Below are positions 1-12,265 of a stretch of DNA of 64,000 nt, in pieces. A program made the translations under genes and the position numbers. The stretch lies in contig NC_043001.1 of NCBI RefSeq assembly GCF_006345805.1, positions 118,792,001 to 118,856,000 of the forward strand. The letters run 5' to 3'. The notes beneath the pieces are model-generated. The model saw only the letters and a program-made list of their open reading frames with translations, was not told where the DNA came from and did not search any database. Each line of letters starts with the position of its first letter. Position 1 is the first letter of the stretch. Source of the stretch: Octopus sinensis (Eukaryota).

Positions 1-600
1 CTCTATTATTGTCAGTTTGCTTGCTTGACACCAGGCTACTTGTGAATACAAACAGAAAGTTCTTTATTGATTGTCACTGGGATGAGATATGTCAATATGA
101 AGCAGAGGAAAGAATGGCTAGGTCCTGACAAGCAAGCAGCACCTTGAACCACACAAGAGATGTAGCCATACAAACCAATGATCTGCATTTGGAGGAACTG
201 GGAAGGGCTACCCATTATGAAATGCATGAAAATAACCACATGGTCAATGCAGAGCTTTATGCTCAGGAAATGCACCAGCTCAATGATGCAATCCATCTGA
301 AACAACCTGACTGGCGATACGGTCTGCTTCTTCAACATGACGATGCTTGTCCCACTCCCAATGCTTTTCAAGAGTTCAACTGGGAAGGTCTGCAGCACCA
401 TATTCTCCTGATATAAGGATTTAGATTATCACCATTTTTGGTTGCTCTCCAACAGTCTGTGTGGTATTTTGCCTAACAATGACATGAAGCTGAAAGTGTG
501 GTTTGATGAATTCTTCATGTCAAGATCTGACAATTTTCATCATCAATGCATTGGTAAGTGGAACATTGACAAGACAACAAAGGAGAATATATTATTGATG
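1..600 (+). pseudogene. Decayed mariner (DD34D) transposase, catalytic and C-terminal part
   Basis: Broken frames give IVTG(D)E..YVNMKQRKEWL, LLQHDDACP (HDNARPH-like), NWEGLQH-PYSPD..DYH.F and a terminal GEYII-like end; frameshifts and stops. Confidence 0.8.
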
Positions 601-1676
601 GATTTATTAAAGCTGCTCAGTGTCTTCCTCTAGTGGATGCCTAGAATATTTTCTCCATAGTAACTGTGGTGAATTTGCCTTTAGAGGTTAAAATATGTCA
701 AAAATACTTTAACCAACTTAAAATTTGTTTATTCCTCGACACTGCCAAATGCTGAAACTATTGTATTTATTCTGACTAGGTAGTCCATGAGTGCAACCCA
801 CTCAATGATATTGACTTTTTCTAAGATAAAGCTTTATAATCCGTCCAGGGTTATCTCTCTTTGGTATCTCCTACTGAGGAAGGCTAAAGAGCAAGAAAAA
901 TATCTAAGAGTGTTAGGGGAAGACACTGAGCAAATGAGATGTTTTTACACCTTTTACCATAAGCAAGAATTTTTCTGCGCTGAATTTGCCCTTATGTTAA
1001 AATATGCCGCAAACATATTTTAACAAAACTCAAGTTTGATAAATATATGTATTTAAAAAAACGGGAATTTTTGATACTGTTTTAACATTATTAATCAGTT
1101 CTGTCTCAATATATTAATTTTCTAAAATGTGTATGTGGATGAATAAAGAAAAGTAAATTTAAAGAACCAATGAAATGCAACAAGGCTTTAGTATTAAACA
1201 AATGGATCCATGTGTTTCTGTGTGTGCACGCATGCAAGTACACACACACACACACACTTAAAAAAAACTCAATGTAGTAAAACAGAAAACAAATAAACAT
1301 AGATATTTAAAATTGATGATTACACTTGCAGAGAAATGATGCTCAAATTCCTCCGACATCGACCAGTCATTTTGTTTTGTGGAAAAGATATCCGTTTTCT
1401 AAGTAAGTAAGTAACAACTTTGGTCTCTTTATGTTTATGACTGTGTTATAAGTTAATGTGTAGTCAACAGATGCAGTGATGATGTAACTGTGGCAGAAAC
1501 ATCTGTCAGGCCACATCTCTCTACAAGAGAATCAGTCGATTAAATTGGTTAGATCTGCAAAAGTTGAAGAAAAAAAATAACATTATAAAATGAAATAAAT
1601 CACATAAGGATAAAACGAAATATCAAATTCTCTCTCTCTCTCTCTCTATATATATATACATGTGTGTGTGTGTGTG

Positions 1677-1889
1677 TGTGCTGAAAAGTTCTTGGCTTTA
1701 AGAGTGTCGCGAAAGGCCTGGATGGAGGCCCAGCCTTCTAAGTTCTTTTACAAAACTTAGAAAAACAGAAGGACCGCTGCAATAAGTGTGTTAATCTGAG
1801 AAAGGAATATGTTGAATAAAATCATAATTAACTGATCCGCCAGTATTTTCTTTTACCCAAAACTATGAACTTTTCACCACCCCCTTGTA
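1677..1889 (+). mobile_element. Mariner-derived MITE, copy 1
   Basis: TIRs gtgctgaaaagttc / gaacttttcaccac...gta; interior encodes a mariner C-terminal tip (..NKCVNLRKEYVE*); second copy at 55421-55641. Confidence 0.8.
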
Positions 1890-1914
1890 TATGTGTGTGT
1901 GTGTGTGTGTGTAA

Positions 1915-1941
<27 letters not shown>

Positions 1942-1948
<7 letters not shown>

Positions 1949-2180
1949 TTGGCCAAAAGTCACCTGACAGTAAATCAAAATTCCATAAATATTTAATATT
2001 CATTTCTTATTTATTCATTTGGAAAAATGGTGTCGTTCAAGAAGAATTTCACTTTAAACAATTTTCCTGATGTTTCATATTTAGATGCTTTCATTAAATT
2101 CTTTCAGTCGGTAAACATAAATAAGTCTTGGAATTAAATGGTTTTGATTTACTGTCAGGTGACTTTTGGACAACCCATTA
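1942..2180. mobile_element. Tc1/mariner-type MITE
   Basis: About 33-bp TIRs: gttggccaaaagtcacctgacagtaaatcaaaa / ttttgatttactgtcaggtgacttttggacaac; sits in TA/TG repeats. Confidence 0.75.
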
Positions 2181-2205
2181 TGTGTGTGTATATATATATA
2201 TGATG

Positions 2206-2236
<31 letters not shown>

Positions 2237-2239
2237 ATA

Positions 2240-2470
2240 TCATCATCGTTTAACATCCGTTTTCCATGCTGGTATGGGTTGGATGGTTCAACTGGGGTAT
2301 GGGAAGCCAGAAGGATGCACCAGGCCCCAATCTGATCTGGCAGTGTTTCTACAGCTGGGTGCCCTTCCTAACACCAACCACTCTGAGAGTGTAGTGGGTG
2401 CTTCTTATGTACCACCAGCACAGGAGCCAAAGGAGCTGGCATCAACCACAATCGGATGGTGCTTTTTAAG
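2240..2470 (-). mobile_element. 5'-truncated RTE LINE 3' UTR
   Basis: Reverse complement of the ...ggaagggcatccagctgtagaaac...ggacgttaaacgatgatg end that follows the RTE ORF at 6290-7106. Confidence 0.75.
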
Positions 2471-2654
2471 TGCCAATTTCTGGGGAAAATCTAAGTGAAA
2501 AGGAGTTTGCTTTGCAAACCACAATGTTCTGGCACCTTGTGCAAATGTGTTCATAGGTTGGTTAATGATTTGTGAGTGGCTTTTGCTAGTTAGAAACTCT
2601 CTAGAAGACTGGCATACATACATACAAACATACATAGATATACATACATATATA

Positions 2655-2930
2655 TACCCCTGCTCCGCCCCGACTGGCCTCTGTGCCGGTGGCATGTAAA
2701 AAGCACCACCCGACTGTGGCCGTTGCCAGCCTCGTCTGGCACCTGTGCAGGTGGCACGTAAAAACCACCCACTACACTCACGGAGTGGTTGGTGTTACGA
2801 AGGGCATCCAGCTGTAGAAACACTGCAGATCAGACTGGGCTTGGCACAGCCTTCTGACTTTCCAGACCCCAGTTGAACCGTCCAACCCATGCTAGCATGG
2901 AAAACGGACATTAAACGATGATGATGATAT
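2655..2930 (+). mobile_element. 5'-truncated RTE LINE 3' UTR
   Basis: Two gtgccggtggcacgtaaaaagcacc modules, conserved 3' end and (GAT)n tail. Confidence 0.8.
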
Positions 2931-3305
2931 GACTATCGTCATCATAATGTCCATGTTCCACACTAGCATGGGTTGGACAGAGTTTAATGAGGCAGATTTT
3001 CTACGTTTGGATGTACTTCATGTCACCAACCCTCAACTGTTTCCCCATAGTCAGACACGTTTCACAGAATATTGGAAATGAACGAAACTGCTTGTGTGAC
3101 AGTGATACTCATTTACAACTGTTACACACTGTCAAGACAAGGACACACACACACACCACACACATGTATTATCTATAACATTATCTTCATATAAAAAACT
3201 ACAAATCTGGCAACTATTTGAGCAAAATAGTGTCACATTTAATAAAAGGTTTGACTCTCAACTGTGTGTGTATATGTGTGCATATATATATTTTCACACA
3301 CACTG

Positions 3306-3309
<4 letters not shown>

Positions 3310-3404
<95 letters not shown>

Positions 3405-3590
3405 ATATATTTATTTATATATATATATATATATACATACACACACACTTATACCTAAATATAACCATATAAATATATATACATATACATACATATGTAC
3501 ACATATACATAAATATATATACATATACACACATATATTCTTACACATACACATACACACACACTCGCACACATACACATGCATGTATAT
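3310..3590. repeat. (TA)n/(CA)n compound microsatellite
   Basis: Direct inspection. Confidence 0.95.
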
Positions 3591-4240
3591 TTTACTATTA
3601 TTTAATGTGTGAAAATGATATTAATGACTATGAAGCTGTGAAAAGAGTTCTGATATATATTCGTCATATATTATTAATGCTGTATCTCACCAGATTAATT
3701 ATTACTGGCCTCTGAAAGCCTTTTGTTTGACATCTGGAAGACTGTCCTTTAGTTGACGTAAGTGAAACGTGTGAATAATTAATGGAAAGAAGGTGACAGA
3801 GGGGAGACAGAAGATATGAAATCACACTCATACAGGTCCTGATTAAGAGAAGGTTACATCTAAATGTTAGACATCACACATAGATAAAAGGAAACAAAAC
3901 AATAAAACTGTGTTTTTGTAAAGAATATCACCATAATGTTAGAAATGGAGAAATTTGTATTAACCATTATGTGTGTGTGTGTGTGTGTGTGTGTGCATAC
4001 AAACATATAACAAATGAGAGGAAGAGAAAATGGAGTTCACGAAATTCTTTATTAATCATTCCAATCGTTTTGATCCATCTTGCATTGGTACCTTGCGGGT
4101 GAGATTCTGACCAACCGGTCGTGGCGCCTCATTCGGTGCAGATGTGTCTCATTGAGTGCCTTTTCAAAAAAGTGCCTTGCTTATTAAACTTGGTTTTGCT
4201 TAGTTATACCCAAGTTTAAAATAATTACAAACATATATAA

Positions 4241-5455
4241 GTACAGGTGTGGCTGTGTGGTAAGGAGCTTGCTTCCCAATCACATGATTGCAGGTTCAGT
4301 CCCACTGAACGTCACCTTGTACAAGCATCTTCTACTATAACCTCTGGACGACCAAAGCCTTGTGAGTGGATTTGGTAGACGGAAACTGAAAGAAGCCTGT
4401 CGTATATATACATTCTATATTTTTAATTTTGTGCATCTCATTGTTTGCTTTTGATTTTGTAGATTACACAGTATAGTAGGGTCAGTTGGGCACCCTCTGT
4501 GAGAAAAACAGCACAATGACACAATTCACTCTGCCAGAAATTTGAAAACAGCATGCTGTACTGCTTGGTATTCACACCGGAAGCTCTAATACAAACATTG
4601 CAGAGTGTTTGAGTGTCAATCTGAGGGTATGTTCCGAAAGTGATAAAAATCAAACCTCCAGTCAACATCATGGTGTTTGGAGTAATCACATGTGATAGTG
4701 ATGTTATGCTTCCATTCATCTTCCCACACAGCCTCGAACTCAACATGGAAGCCTACATTAAGTGGCTGGAGGAGGTAGTGTTGCCCCGGGTCAAGAAAGT
4801 GGCTGCTGGAAGACCTTATGTCTGGCAACAGGACTCTGCACCATGCCACACAAGCAGGAGAATCCAGTCATGTCTGTCAGACAATTTCTGTGACCACATC
4901 ATTCCCCAGACTGCAACCCCCTTGATTATTATGTGTGGGGTGCAGTTGAGCAAGAGACCAACAAAACTGCTTGTAACACCAAAGATGAACTGAAGGCAAG
5001 GAATATGGCAGCATTCATCAACGTAAACAAAGAAACTGTCCAGAAAAGCTGCAGGATATTCTGAAGTTGTCTGGAGGCCGTGGTTGAAGCCAATGGCGAT
5101 TTTATTGAATAAATTTACTCCTTGTCTTTCAAGATATTTTTATGTAAGTTTGGTAAATATATCTTTTAAAATGAGATGTCAGTGTTATTTTCATTTTTGA
5201 ATAATTTAGATAGAGTTTATTCACCACCTACTGTATATATATATATGTATATATTTGTGTCTGTGTTTGTCCCCCACCATTGCTTAACAACCAATGTTGG
5301 TGTGTTTATGTCAAAGTAACTTAGTAGTTTGGCAAAAGAGGTCAATAGAATAAGTACCAGGCTTACAAAAGAATAAGACCTGGGGTTGATTTGTTTGACT
5401 GAAGGCAGTGCTCCAGTATGGCTGCAGTCAAATGACTGAAACAAGTAAAAGAAAA
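4241..5455 (+). mobile_element. tRNA-derived SINE family A, split: head 4241-4403, tail about 5255-5455
   Basis: Head gtggctgtgtggtaag...ggttcagtccc and tail ...cagtcaaatgactgaaacaagtaaaag match the full copies at 11842, 17694 and 52062; a maT element lies in the internal TA tract. Confidence 0.8.
4467..5234 (+). pseudogene. Internally deleted maT-type (DD37D) Tc1/mariner-superfamily transposon
   Basis: IMVFGVIT..DVMLPFIF, WQQDSAPCHTS and SPDCNPLDYYVWGAVE motifs; short N-terminal piece MTQFTLPEI; ends ...ttattcaccacctactgta. Confidence 0.8.
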
Positions 5456-5522
5456 GAAACACACACAGATTATGTAAAAGTGTTACAGTTTGCTTGAAGC
5501 AATGTGGAATAAGTAGCAAGGC

Positions 5523-5917
5523 AGTGCATTACAGAAGGTGAAAATATTACAGGTAGAACTTTAACTATAACAAATTATAACAAAAGATTGTGAGATGTTA
5601 CCTTAAAAACATTTAATTATTCCTGATGTTTGGAGTTAAAAACTCAAAAGCTTCAAAGATTGTGACAAAGGTAAATTGTGTCCATTTTGTTGGTGTCAAA
5701 TCCTTCTGATCTGACATGTCAAAAAACAAAACACACAAACAAAAGTGAATGTGTAATTAATCTCTTCCTCACTTAAATCTATTGAAAAGGAATTTTTAAT
5801 TCAAAGTATCAAAGCTAATTAAATGTTTTTAAGGTAACATTTCAACATTCTTATTGTTAGTGTTTTTTTTTATATCTAATGTTTTACCTGTTTTGCTATC
5901 ACCTTCTTTAACACACT
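5523..5917. mobile_element. Unclassified MITE-like element with about 100-bp imperfect TIRs
   Basis: agaaggtga...atgttaccttaaaaacatttaatta mirrored by taattaaatgtttttaaggtaacat...tcaccttct. Confidence 0.55.
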
Positions 5918-6084
5918 GATATTATATGTATGTGTATGCCTATAGCAAAATTTAAGTACTTTTAAATGCGCAAAAGTGAAGATTATTGACCGAATTATGG
6001 AGTCAAACATTTATTTTAATGCTATTGTCAGCAACAATCAAGGCTCGTTCATTATGTGCATACTCTTTTACTTGTTGTACTACT

Positions 6085-7183
6085 TGATTATTATGTGTGA
6101 GACACAGTTGAGTGAGAGACCAACAAAACTGCTTGTAACACCAAAGATGAACTGAAGGCAAGGATTATGGCAGCATTCGCCAACCTAAACAAGGAGACTA
6201 CCCAGAAGAGTTGCAGGAGATTCTAAAATTGTCTGGAGGTCATGGTTTAAGCCAATGGCAATTTTATTGAATAAATTTACTCTTTAGTATGTGCAAGAGA
6301 GACGACTACGCTAGTATGGTCATGTGCTGTGTGAAGAAGTGTCACTCCCTAACAATGGAAGGAACCTGTGGAAATGGGAGACCCAGAAAGACATGGGATG
6401 AGGTGATGAAGCATGGGATGAGGTGATGAAGCATGACCTTTGAATGTTGGGCCTCAATGACGAAAGACCAAGACCGCTGGAGATATGCTGTGATTGAGGA
6501 GACCTGGCAAGTAAAGTGAGATACAGCTGTAGCCTATACCAGTGTCGCATAACCAGCCCATTTAAAAAGTATCTTTGAATCGTCAGGTGACATACCATGT
6601 TTTAGGAGACCTATTGAGTCAAGTAAAATCAAAATCAAAAATCAAATCACAATCAAATGGAAATTATAGTTGTGGCCAATGTCAGTGCTGCCTGACTGGC
6701 TTCTTGTGCTGGTGGCATGCAATAAGCACCATTCATGCATGAGTTGTTGCCAGTGCCGCCTGACTGGCTCCCCGTACTGGTGGCATGTAAAACGCACCAT
6801 CTGAACATGGTCAATGCCAACCCCACCCCCACCCTGACTGGCTCCTGTGCTGGTAGCACATAAAAAGCACCATCCAAACATGTCCAATGCCAGTTCTGCC
6901 TGACTTGCTCCTGTACCGGTGGAACGTAAAAAGCAGCCACTACACTCTCGGAGTGGTTGGTGTTAGGAAGGGCATCGAGCTGTAGAAACATTGCCAGATC
7001 AGATTGGAGCCTAGTGAGGTCTCCTGGCTTGTCAGTCCCCAGTCAAACCGTCCAACCCATGCCAGCATGGAAAACAGACGTTAAATGATGATGATGATGA
7101 TGATGATATCTTTTAAAATGAGATGTCAGTGTTATTTTCCTTTTTGTGTAATTTAGACAACAATATATTCACCGCATCCTGCA
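6085..7183 (+). mobile_element. Second maT 3' fragment (6085-6290 and 7107-7183) interrupted by an RTE insertion
   Basis: Homologous to 4922-5230; homology resumes at atcttttaaaatgagatgtcagtg after the RTE tail. Confidence 0.75.
6290..7106 (+). mobile_element. RTE-clade LINE 3' end (ORF C-terminus, modular 3' UTR, (GAT)n tail)
   Basis: VQERRLR*YGHV, CVKKCHSLTMEGTCGNGRPRKTWDEV, typical of RTE ORF ends. Confidence 0.85.
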
Positions 7184-8470
7184 CATATAAAGCCATTGGT
7201 TTTTTATTAAAAGCACAGTTAACTTTTAAAGTCCATCTTCCATGTTGGCATGGATTTCAGGATCAGGTGGGTTTGAAAACTGCATCATGCTCCAATGTCT
7301 GTACAGGTATGGTTTCGAAAGCTGGATGCCCTTCAAAATGCCAACACTTTACAGAGTACACTAGGTGTTTTTTTAGTGCTACTAACACTTACGAGGTTGC
7401 GAGGCAGTTTGCAAGACTAAGATCTCTTTTGATTAAGTGTGGCCTTAGTGGAAAGGAAGGCAGCTTTATGCTTGGAGAAGTTAAAATATGAAAGAAGGAG
7501 CCAAAATATTTATTTATTTTTTTGCTGCAAAGAAGTTACAAGGCTACTCACATTACAGAAGTGCGAGTGGAAATAACTGAGGTGGAGCTGGAAAGAAATG
7601 TCTAATAGTATACCATCAAGGCAGAAGATGATGACTAGGAGTGGATCAGAAGAACAGAGAGTATAGGTGGGCAGAGGTTGCAAGAGCATACAGGGAGAGC
7701 AATGATTAGGGATGGAAAATGAGTGAGAAAGCAAATGAATGAAGGACAAAGATTGAGAGAAGATCCATGATAAATATACATTGGAGGGGAAGCAGGGAAG
7801 AGTGGGTGATGAAAGTAGTGGGTAGATAGGATTCAGGGGTAGATATAATGTAAAATTTACAAACAGCATGCAATACTGGAGATTATTTTCATCTGCTGAC
7901 AGGGAAGGTCACAGAAATCTTGATACTCTCCAGCTGTATTGCTTCCAGGGAATGTTCAGGTCCTTCAGGCTCACATTGTATTAAGTTTGTCCCACACCTG
8001 TTACGCAGCCACCACATCAAACCAAGCCAAGAATGATTGCAATCACGTCGTCAACGCAACAGGGATTATTTCCTTTTACTTCATTTTGAGGAATTATGTT
8101 TTTTCTCCTCACCTTTGGCCTTTCTCTCACCTGTTACTCTCACCTGTTATGATGAAGCATATTCTACTGCCCTCCTTATTAATTCGGTCATTTATCAACT
8201 GTCAATTTTGCCATGCCAGCATGTGTATAGGCAGTGTTATTTGAGGCAGGTGTTTACAGTGGGATGCTCTTTCTGTCACCAACCTGCATCAGTTTTTTTT
8301 TTTTTTTTTATGTAAGGGGTTATTTTGAAAGTGCAGAGCAACCATTCATGTCAACATCACAATCTCTTTGCTGAAGATTGACGAATGTAGAATATAAACA
8401 TTCACACAAATTTGTGCACACACAACCACACACACACACACACACACATGGTAGTTTCTATAAACAAAGT

Positions 8471-9740
8471 TATGAATGTGGGCTGAAAAGTTCATAGGCT
8501 GACAATGAAGGAGTGATGATAAAGCTGTGAAATCTTGCATGCATTAATTTCATTAATAACTGCATTGTTTCTTTCCAGGTAAACTGACATTTGACTCATC
8601 AAAGAAACCTTCAAAAGTAACTAGTAGTGACTTCTCTTGAAAATGGAGAGAAATTGGCATCATGGTGTTAAAAAGTATCTGCAGAAAAAGGGTTTAGCCC
8701 CCAATGACATTCATGCTGCCATGGTTGCAAGATTTGGGGATGAAGCTCCAGCTTTATGAACAGTGCAAAAGTGGGCAGCTAAATTTAGGAGAGAAAGGGA
8801 GAATCTTGAAGATGATCCAGTAACTGGACATCCTGCAACTAACACCATCAAGAAAAATATTGATCATATTCACCACATGGTGATGGATGACAGGTGGTTA
8901 GCTATAAATCAGATAGCCAATGCGATTAGCATATCCTGTGAGAAAGTTGAGACTATTCTGCATAATAAAGGTTTCTGCTTGGTGGGTGCTGCATCTCCTG
9001 ACACTTGATCACATCGTAGGAAAATCTGACATTGTTTCAGGCAGATCCAGCTGGTTTCTTTGAATGTTTCCTAACCTAGGATGAGTGTTGGGGTCATCAC
9101 TTTGGGCCAGAGACAAAGAGACAATCCATGCTGTGAAAACACCCTTACCTGCTCCAAAGAAGGCCATGGTTATTTCATCTGCAGAGAAGGTGATGGCCTC
9201 AGATTTTTCAAATGCAATAGACATTGTGTTTAAAAGGACCACAACATCAATGGAGGGTACTATGCCAACTTGCTGAGGCAGTTATGAAAGGCTTTGAAGA
9301 TCAAGCACCCAGGAAAAGTGATGGAAGGGTCTTGATTCATCAGAACAATGCTTTAGCACACAAGTCCTTGAATTCAATGGCTGCCGTGCTTGACTGGCTT
9401 TGAACTGGTTGATCACTCTCCCTATTCTCTAGCTTTGGCCTCATCTGACTACCATCTGTTCCCAACATAAAAAAAAGTACTTAGCTGAGAACTAGTATTG
9501 CAGTGATGATGATATCATATCTGCAGTCGATGTCAGATATCTACTGACATCATATCTGCTATTGATGACTTTTTGACCAACAGGATGAAAGCTTCTTCTT
9601 CAATGGGATCCAAGAACTGCAATGCCAATGAAAAAGGTGTGTGGATTGCAAGGGGGACTATATTGAAAAATAAACTTCATTTGATCCCATTCCATGAGAG
9701 TATCTTGGTCAGCCTATGAACTTTTCAGCCAACCCTAGTA
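8471..9740 (+). mobile_element. Full-length decayed mariner transposon (about 1.27 kb)
   Basis: TIRs ggctgaaaagttcataggctgac / gtcagcctatgaacttttcagcc with TA ends; VQKWAAKFRR..LEDDP, KVMAS, HQNNA.AH, PYS.ALASSDYHLF, KCVDCKGDYIEK*. Confidence 0.9.
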
Positions 9741-9899
9741 TTTGGCAATGGAATGTAGGCCATAAATGTAGAGGAATGTAGAGGCTTGAAGGAACTGAAG
9801 CCAGCATGCTCTGCTTCATGTACAACATCAATATGCACATATGACAAAGAGCAAAGGTATTGAGAGAAAAACTGTATACGAGGCATCAAATATGCAAGA

Positions 9900-10340
9900 G
9901 AAGACAATGTTAGTATGGTCAAGGTGCCATACTATGGACAGGTGCATATGGACAGGTGCATAACAAAAGGCTGGTTGTTAAATGTGGACAAAATCTGTGG
10001 AAGACTATTGGTGCTGTGTTTAATATGTAACTTGGTGCAATTAGTTTTTTCTGTTTTAGAAATTTTGGTTGTCTTTTGCTTTCGATTATTTTGTGTATCT
10101 CAAGTGTTTTCATTGATGGATTTCCTGCAATAATGTAATGTTATGATGGATAATGTTGCATGTTTCTGTATTTTATGGACAAAATGTTGTGATGTAAGGC
10201 AGACTATTTTGTGTGTTGGAATTGTTTTTGTCCTTTGTAATTCTTGAATGCCTATTGCTGTGGCACATTCAATTTTTGTTGGGTATTTTCAAGTAGTGTT
10301 TATTTTAGACCTCTGAGATTTTATTTCAAATTTCAAAATT
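9900..10340 (-). pseudogene. Penelope-like element remnant (linker between RT and GIY-YIG)
   Basis: Minus-strand fragments LPYITT and HKIIESKRQPKFLK resemble the PLE linker consensus; heavily decayed. Confidence 0.55.
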
Positions 10341-10689
10341 TGAAGCAATTGAACATAAAATCTGTGCTAGATTAGGTGGGGGTACATTTTATGAGTTTGG
10401 GGTCAAAGGAAGTAAATAGTATTTTTTTTTTGAGTCTGTCAACGTGTTGTAGATGATGGCTTCGATGATTGCTTTTTTGATAATTAAAATAACATGGTGG
10501 CTAACTACATGGGAGAAGATACTGGAAGAAATTAGACCTACAAAGGCACCACAAACACTCATAATTGTTAAATACAGTACATGTGTATACATATGTGTAC
10601 ATGCACAGATACAAACACACATGTACCTACACATACACATGAACAAATACATACACAAACATGCACATATTATATACACACACACATTA

Positions 10690-11820
10690 GGTAAACCAAC
10701 TGTTACTATCTAACAGTTTGTGGAACTTCTCAGTGACATCCAACTTGGTAACAGATTGCCTTTTTTAATAGTTCTGCTCTTCTGATCACTTCTTCCAACA
10801 TCTTCAATGCCGATCTTATGCCACTCATCTCCAGAGGGAACAAAATTTCATTTTTACTCTCTTTGAACATACACACCTTTGGTCTAAATTCACCACCTCA
10901 CTTTTTCTAACTTGCACCTTATTCCCACCTGCTCTAGAATTACATACCTATTCCCTTTGATTTCTCCTTCTCTCCTGCAACCTCATATTCACACACACAT
11001 ACCCTCAACACACTAACGCAGCTTCCATATATGCACACACTCCCTTCAACCAATCACACTCATTCACATCTTTCACTTACGTCTCCATTTATTTCCCATC
11101 TGGTCCCTGATATGCATGCACACACAGGGGCATGCACACACACACACCTACCTCTATTCACCCACCACTTTGTTTCTTTGATACACACAGGCACACACAT
11201 GCCTGCACCCAATTTTGCTTCACACACACACATACTGGCCCTCTCTCTTATACATGCATTTGCACACATATACACACCCTGCTCTTCACACACCCACACA
11301 TTCTTCATATTTCCGGCACTTCTGTTTTGGTTGACAGCTTTGAATCCCCTACATTTCACAACTACCTCTGCTTATTGTTGGTCAACCTGCCAAAACCCCA
11401 TCCAATACACACACGTGCTACATCTTCCATACTTCTCTCTCCTTACAGTCCACTTAAAAAAATGTTCCCCTGTGCCAATTTCTTTTTATATTATGTGTTT
11501 CATCTAGCTTTTCCTCTGTTCATTACAGGTATTTCTCCCCCATGGATATTTACCAGCTTCTTCATCACAGTTACCTCTTCCCCTTCATGTATTTTACCAG
11601 TTTCGTACCATCCTCTTTAACACTCTGCCTAACTTTGCAAACCTTTTATAGTCATCAGTTTTTTCTTCCTTTTCTCACCTCCTCTATACTCTCTTTCATT
11701 CTGATAAAAGGACTAATATTCAAAATGTCAAAACACTTTCTCTTTCCACTAAAGCATTAAGCTAATACCTTATTTGTCAAACTTTATTCCTTCTTTATTG
11801 TCATTTTCTTTGTTTTTACA
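10690..11820 (+). mobile_element. Penelope-like element 3' remnant (GIY-YIG C-terminus, pyrimidine-rich UTR, decayed HHR at about 11700)
   Basis: F.ELLSDIQLGNRLP and LQREQNFIFTL...PFGLNS; ctgataaagga...ttcaaaatgtc resembles a decayed CTGATGA...GAAACGTC. Confidence 0.55.
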
Positions 11821-11841
11821 TAATAAGCACAAATATATATA

Positions 11842-12001
11842 GGCGCAGGTGTGGCTGTGTGGTAAGAAGTTTGCTTCCCAACCGCATGGTTCAGGGTTCA
11901 GTCCCACTGTGCGGCACCTTGGGCAAGTGTCTTCTGCTAAAGCCTTGAGCTAACCAAAGCCCTTTGAGTGGATTTGGTAGACAGAAATTGAAAGAGGCTC
12001 A

Positions 12002-12036
<35 letters not shown>

Positions 12037-12237
12037 TGTGTGTCTGTGTTTATCCTCCCACCATCACTGACAACCGATGTTGGTGTATTTACATCACCAT
12101 AACTTAACAGTTCGGCAAAAGCAACCAATAAAATAAGTACTAGGCTTACAAAGAATAAGTTCTTGGGTCGATTTGTTCAACAAAAGGCAGTGCTCTAGCA
12201 TGGCCACAGTCAAATGACTGAAACAAATAAAAGAATA
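11842..12237 (+). mobile_element. tRNA-derived SINE family A, full length
   Basis: A-box tggctgtgtgg, B-box-like ggttcagtccc, CORE-like caccttgggcaagtg, internal TA tract, conserved tail. Confidence 0.85.
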
Positions 12238-12265
12238 TATATACAAACACAAAATTATATATATA

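Noticed and set aside
787-1023. 78-aa ORF
   Set aside because: No recognisable motif or convincing splice context
1332-1402. Possible plus-strand exon (cag|...|gtaagt)
   Set aside because: Weak pyrimidine tract, donor lies in a (gtaa)n repeat, peptide not recognised
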